The position numbers were made by a program, and so were the translations under genes. Source: a virus (Duplodnaviria; Heunggongvirae; Uroviricota; Caudoviricetes). Taken from it: DNA of 9,386 bases. Below are positions 6,766 to 9,386 of the stretch, piece after piece (position 1 is the first letter of the stretch; every line of letters begins with the position of its first letter). Location: the IMG/VR virus record IMGVR_UViG_2706794695_000003; one strand, given 5' to 3'. The notes beneath the pieces are model-generated. The model was given only the letters and a program-made list of their open reading frames with translations, searched no databases and had not been told where the DNA came from.

Positions 6766-6795
6766 AATATAGCCCCGGACAATGTGTCTGGTCAA
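6766..6795 (-). promoter_or_regulatory. pR'-like late promoter immediately downstream of Q
   Basis: Minus strand: -35 TTGACC (6795..6790), 18-nt spacer, -10 TATATT (6771..6766), starting 5 nt after the Q stop. The early transcript carries hairpins GCGCCAG-N6-CTGGCG and CGGG-N8-CCCG before the terminator, so the qut region would be here. Confidence 0.55.
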
Positions 6796-6799
6796 GCAC

Positions 6800-7186
6800 C
6801 TACATAATTCGTTCTACGTATCTGTCCATCTCCAGCCGGATATCAAGCATCATCAACATGCCATCAATAACCCCTTCCGCTTTCTGCAGGCGCTTGCCAA
6901 TACAGGTATCCGAACACCCATGTTTCCGTGCCAGACTCATAAAAGTCATTCCACCTACGTAATAATCCACCAGCAAATCGTGCAAATCCTGATTTTTCTT
7001 GTTCAACCGGGCCATACAGCCACAAATTATCATTGCATCATCATCAGAACACTGAGGGCGTGATTTCACTTTCGACGGAATTAACCCTTTAAAACCAGCA
7101 GCGATCGACGCCCAGGATACATCTTCATGAGTGTTTGCAGCCCAAGCCCCCCACCGTTCCATAACCTGCTGAATATCACGCGCCAT
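6800..7186 (-). CDS. Q: Late-gene antiterminator Q (short QuuD/phage-21-like type, not lambda-Q type)
   Basis: [61 protein letters not shown]…[23 protein letters not shown]… matches my recollection of the about 127-aa QuuD/Q21-family proteins. Start taken as ATG 7186..7184 with AGGTGA 5 nt upstream (the track ORF extends to 7207); stop TAG 6802..6800; followed by pR'. Confidence 0.85.
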   Translation of the reverse strand: MARDIQQVMERWGAWAANTHEDVSWASIAAGFKGLIPSKVKSRPQCSDDDAMIICGCMARLNKKNQDLHDLLVDYYVGGMTFMSLARKHGCSDTCIGKRLQKAEGVIDGMLMMLDIRLEMDRYVERIM

Positions 7187-7547
7187 CGTTATCACCTGTG
7201 ATTTCATAAATCTTCACGCCCAGTCGCCCACCAGGAACGAGCTGACCGCGCACAATATTGATTTCATCAAACTGCTCGTCGTCTATGAGTAGTCCGGCAT
7301 GCGTCAGCGCATCCAGTGGTGCTTTCAGGATATTGTCCAGGTCACGACGGCGCTTATCCGGTGGCTCTGCAATAATCTTTATCGCCAGCCTTCCGGACAG
7401 GTTTAATTTCAGCCGCTGCTGGCGAACAATTAGCGTCACATCACGGCGATAACGCTCACCAACTTTTGATACAAAATATGTGCTGCCACGACGTCGCCAG
7501 TAAGTATTCACCGTCGGCGGATAAGGTAAAATAAACTCATGGCGCAT
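7176..7547 (-). CDS. rusA: Holliday junction resolvase RusA
   Basis: 123-aa ORF with RusA-like sequence (…[12 protein letters not shown]…, …[27 protein letters not shown]…); ATG 7547..7545 overlaps the upstream stop (TGATG); sits in the nin-region position just before Q. Confidence 0.88.
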   Translation of the reverse strand: MRHEFILPYPPTVNTYWRRRGSTYFVSKVGERYRRDVTLIVRQQRLKLNLSGRLAIKIIAEPPDKRRRDLDNILKAPLDALTHAGLLIDDEQFDEINIVRGQLVPGGRLGVKIYEITGDNDGA

Positions 7548-7804
7548 CAGCGCAGCACCTCCTGCACCATTTTTTCAAACTTTCCAACTTTGGTTTCCAG
7601 CTCTGCCACACAATCAACGAGCTCATCCACCGCTTTTTGTGCGCGATGTTTCGCCTGCATCAGTTCCCTGAGCGCTGGCACCATATCCCGACGAATGGCA
7701 TCTTTTGTTACACCTGTTTTTTCCAGTTGTTCCGCCTGTCGCAACATTTCCTGCGCGTGTTTACGCAATTGTTCAGAGGTAAAAGTCATTGTCTGGTTGT
7801 TCAA
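7547..7804 (-). CDS. Small charged, probably coiled-coil, hypothetical protein in the nin-like region
   Basis: 85-codon ORF. TTG at 7804..7802 overlaps the helicase stop and has GGAG 8 nt upstream; the alternative ATG at 7789..7787 gives 80 aa. Sequence is rich in E/K/R/Q/A. No family recognised. Confidence 0.5.
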   Translation of the reverse strand: MNNQTMTFTSEQLRKHAQEMLRQAEQLEKTGVTKDAIRRDMVPALRELMQAKHRAQKAVDELVDCVAELETKVGKFEKMVQEVLR

Positions 7805-9192
7805 AAGAAACGCTCCATCTTACTGCTGTCGGTACGTGTATTGCTGTATCTGCGCGGCTGGGGCTGCCGCATTGGGGTGGAAAGAACCTGTGCGCTTTCC
7901 TGGTCCACAGGCAGAAAATGTCCGTTATAAAAACGCCGGTAAATCGTCCCCAGAGAACCGTTACGTTGTTTCGTGATATTAATTTCTGCTATGCCTGTAG
8001 CCTGTGTATCCGGGTTGTACACTTCATCCCTGTAAAGCATCAGAATGATGTCTGCATCCGCCTCTATTTCTCCGGAATTTTTCAGGTCTGAGTTCATGGG
8101 ACGTTTATTGGGTCTGGACTCCACACCGCGGGAGAGCTGGCTCAGCGCAATCAACGGAAAACCACCGGATTTTGCCAGGCCTTTAAGCCCCTTTGAGATT
8201 TCACCCACGGCAAGGTCATGACGCCCCGTGGTTCGGGTTTTTATCAGCCCGAGATAATCAACCACCACCAGCGCCGTTTCCGGATGTTTAATCAGATGGT
8301 GTTTCGTTGTTGCGCATATCTCATCAATGGTCAGGTTCGCCTGGTCCACCATCCAGATATTGCGCCCGGTCATCCGCCCCACCCCTTGTGAGAAACGCGC
8401 CCAGTCTTCATCTTCAAAGTGAGCCACAGATTTCAGGCGTGATACTGGCATCCCTCCAGCCGCAGACACCATACGTTCACCAATCTGGATGTTCGCCATC
8501 TCCATGGTGAACAGAAGCACACCATGCCCCTGCTCAGTCACCTTGTCGATGATGTCCAGCGCAAGTTCGGTTTTCCCCATCGAAGGACGGGCGGCAATGA
8601 ATACCAGGTCTCCGGGCTCCATACCGCCTGTTTTTGCGTCCAGTTCATCAATACCGGTCATCAACGTCCTGGATTTCTCCAGCCCCTGATTCCGGCATTC
8701 AACACGCTCAACCACTTCCGGAAGCACATCATCAATATGTACCGGCTGAATGACGCCCTTTCCTGTCGACAGTGTGACCATCATGTTCTGCGCATCCTTC
8801 AGGGCATCTTCAGCTGCTTCACAGGTATGCGCATCACGTAATTTCTGCAGCGCCTCATTCAGTGTTTTTTCTGCATCGCGCAGTGCGGCATTGCGCCGCA
8901 ACGCTGCAACATAGTGCTCCAGTGAAGACTTCACCCAGGTTTTACGCCCGGTATCAGTAATCACCGGGGCAAGTTCCGGCATCTCATTACACAACAGCAC
9001 GGGGTCAATCACTCCTGAAACACGGGCCTGTCTGCAGATGCCTGTGTAGATATCCCGATACGCTCGTACAGAAAAAATGTCCGCCGGTAGTGTGATCAGA
9101 ATATCCATCACTTCATGATCTGCCCCACGCAGAAAGAATGCGCCAATGACAGCGCCTTCCAGGTCATCATTACGCCAGACTGGTGTTGTCAT
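7801..9192 (-). CDS. Replicative DNA helicase, DnaB family (phage-encoded)
   Basis: ATG 9192..9190 with GAGGT 8 nt upstream, giving 463 aa (the track ORF extends to 9333 through an unlikely N-terminal extension). Walker A ARPSMGKTELALDI, DnaB-like N-domain and RecA-like C-domain motifs; stop TGA 7803..7801. Confidence 0.9.
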   Translation of the reverse strand: MTTPVWRNDDLEGAVIGAFFLRGADHEVMDILITLPADIFSVRAYRDIYTGICRQARVSGVIDPVLLCNEMPELAPVITDTGRKTWVKSSLEHYVAALRRNAALRDAEKTLNEALQKLRDAHTCEAAEDALKDAQNMMVTLSTGKGVIQPVHIDDVLPEVVERVECRNQGLEKSRTLMTGIDELDAKTGGMEPGDLVFIAARPSMGKTELALDIIDKVTEQGHGVLLFTMEMANIQIGERMVSAAGGMPVSRLKSVAHFEDEDWARFSQGVGRMTGRNIWMVDQANLTIDEICATTKHHLIKHPETALVVVDYLGLIKTRTTGRHDLAVGEISKGLKGLAKSGGFPLIALSQLSRGVESRPNKRPMNSDLKNSGEIEADADIILMLYRDEVYNPDTQATGIAEINITKQRNGSLGTIYRRFYNGHFLPVDQESAQVLSTPMRQPQPRRYSNTRTDSSKMERFF

Positions 9193-9386
9193 GCAGCCAC
9201 ACCTCTGATACAAGAACGGTAGCTGGGCCAGTTGAACGACAACCAGTTGCGCCCCCCGTCTGTGATCCTGTCGGCAATGCGGGGGCTGATGAACGCTGGA
9301 TTTGCCCCTATATTTCCAGACACCTGTTATCACTTAACCCATTACTGGCTTGCTGCCGTAGATATTCCCGTGGCGAGCGATAACCC

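Overview
This window is the late region of a mosaic lambdoid prophage from an enterobacterium, with every recognisable gene on the minus strand (transcription runs from high to low coordinates). In that order: a DnaB-family helicase, a small coiled-coil ORF, the RusA resolvase, a short Q-type antiterminator, a pR'-like promoter with a tR'-like terminator about 80 nt downstream, an ORF6N-domain accessory gene with its own candidate promoter and terminator, four tightly packed tRNAs (Ile/Met-CAU, Arg-UCU, Thr-UGU, Gly-UCC), a phage-21-type lysis cassette (pinholin, SAR endolysin, Rz/Rz1) broken by two N-masked gaps, an HNH endonuclease, a GC-rich dyad that may be cos, terminase small and large subunits, a small two-helix membrane protein, and an HK97-family portal. 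No CRISPR array, rRNA or transposase was seen. The best candidate for something undescribed is the ORF6N-domain cargo gene in the Q-to-lysis slot, together with whatever the second N-gap hides between the tRNAs and the holin. All calls come from reading the sequence and the ORF track plus recalled family knowledge; no searches were run.
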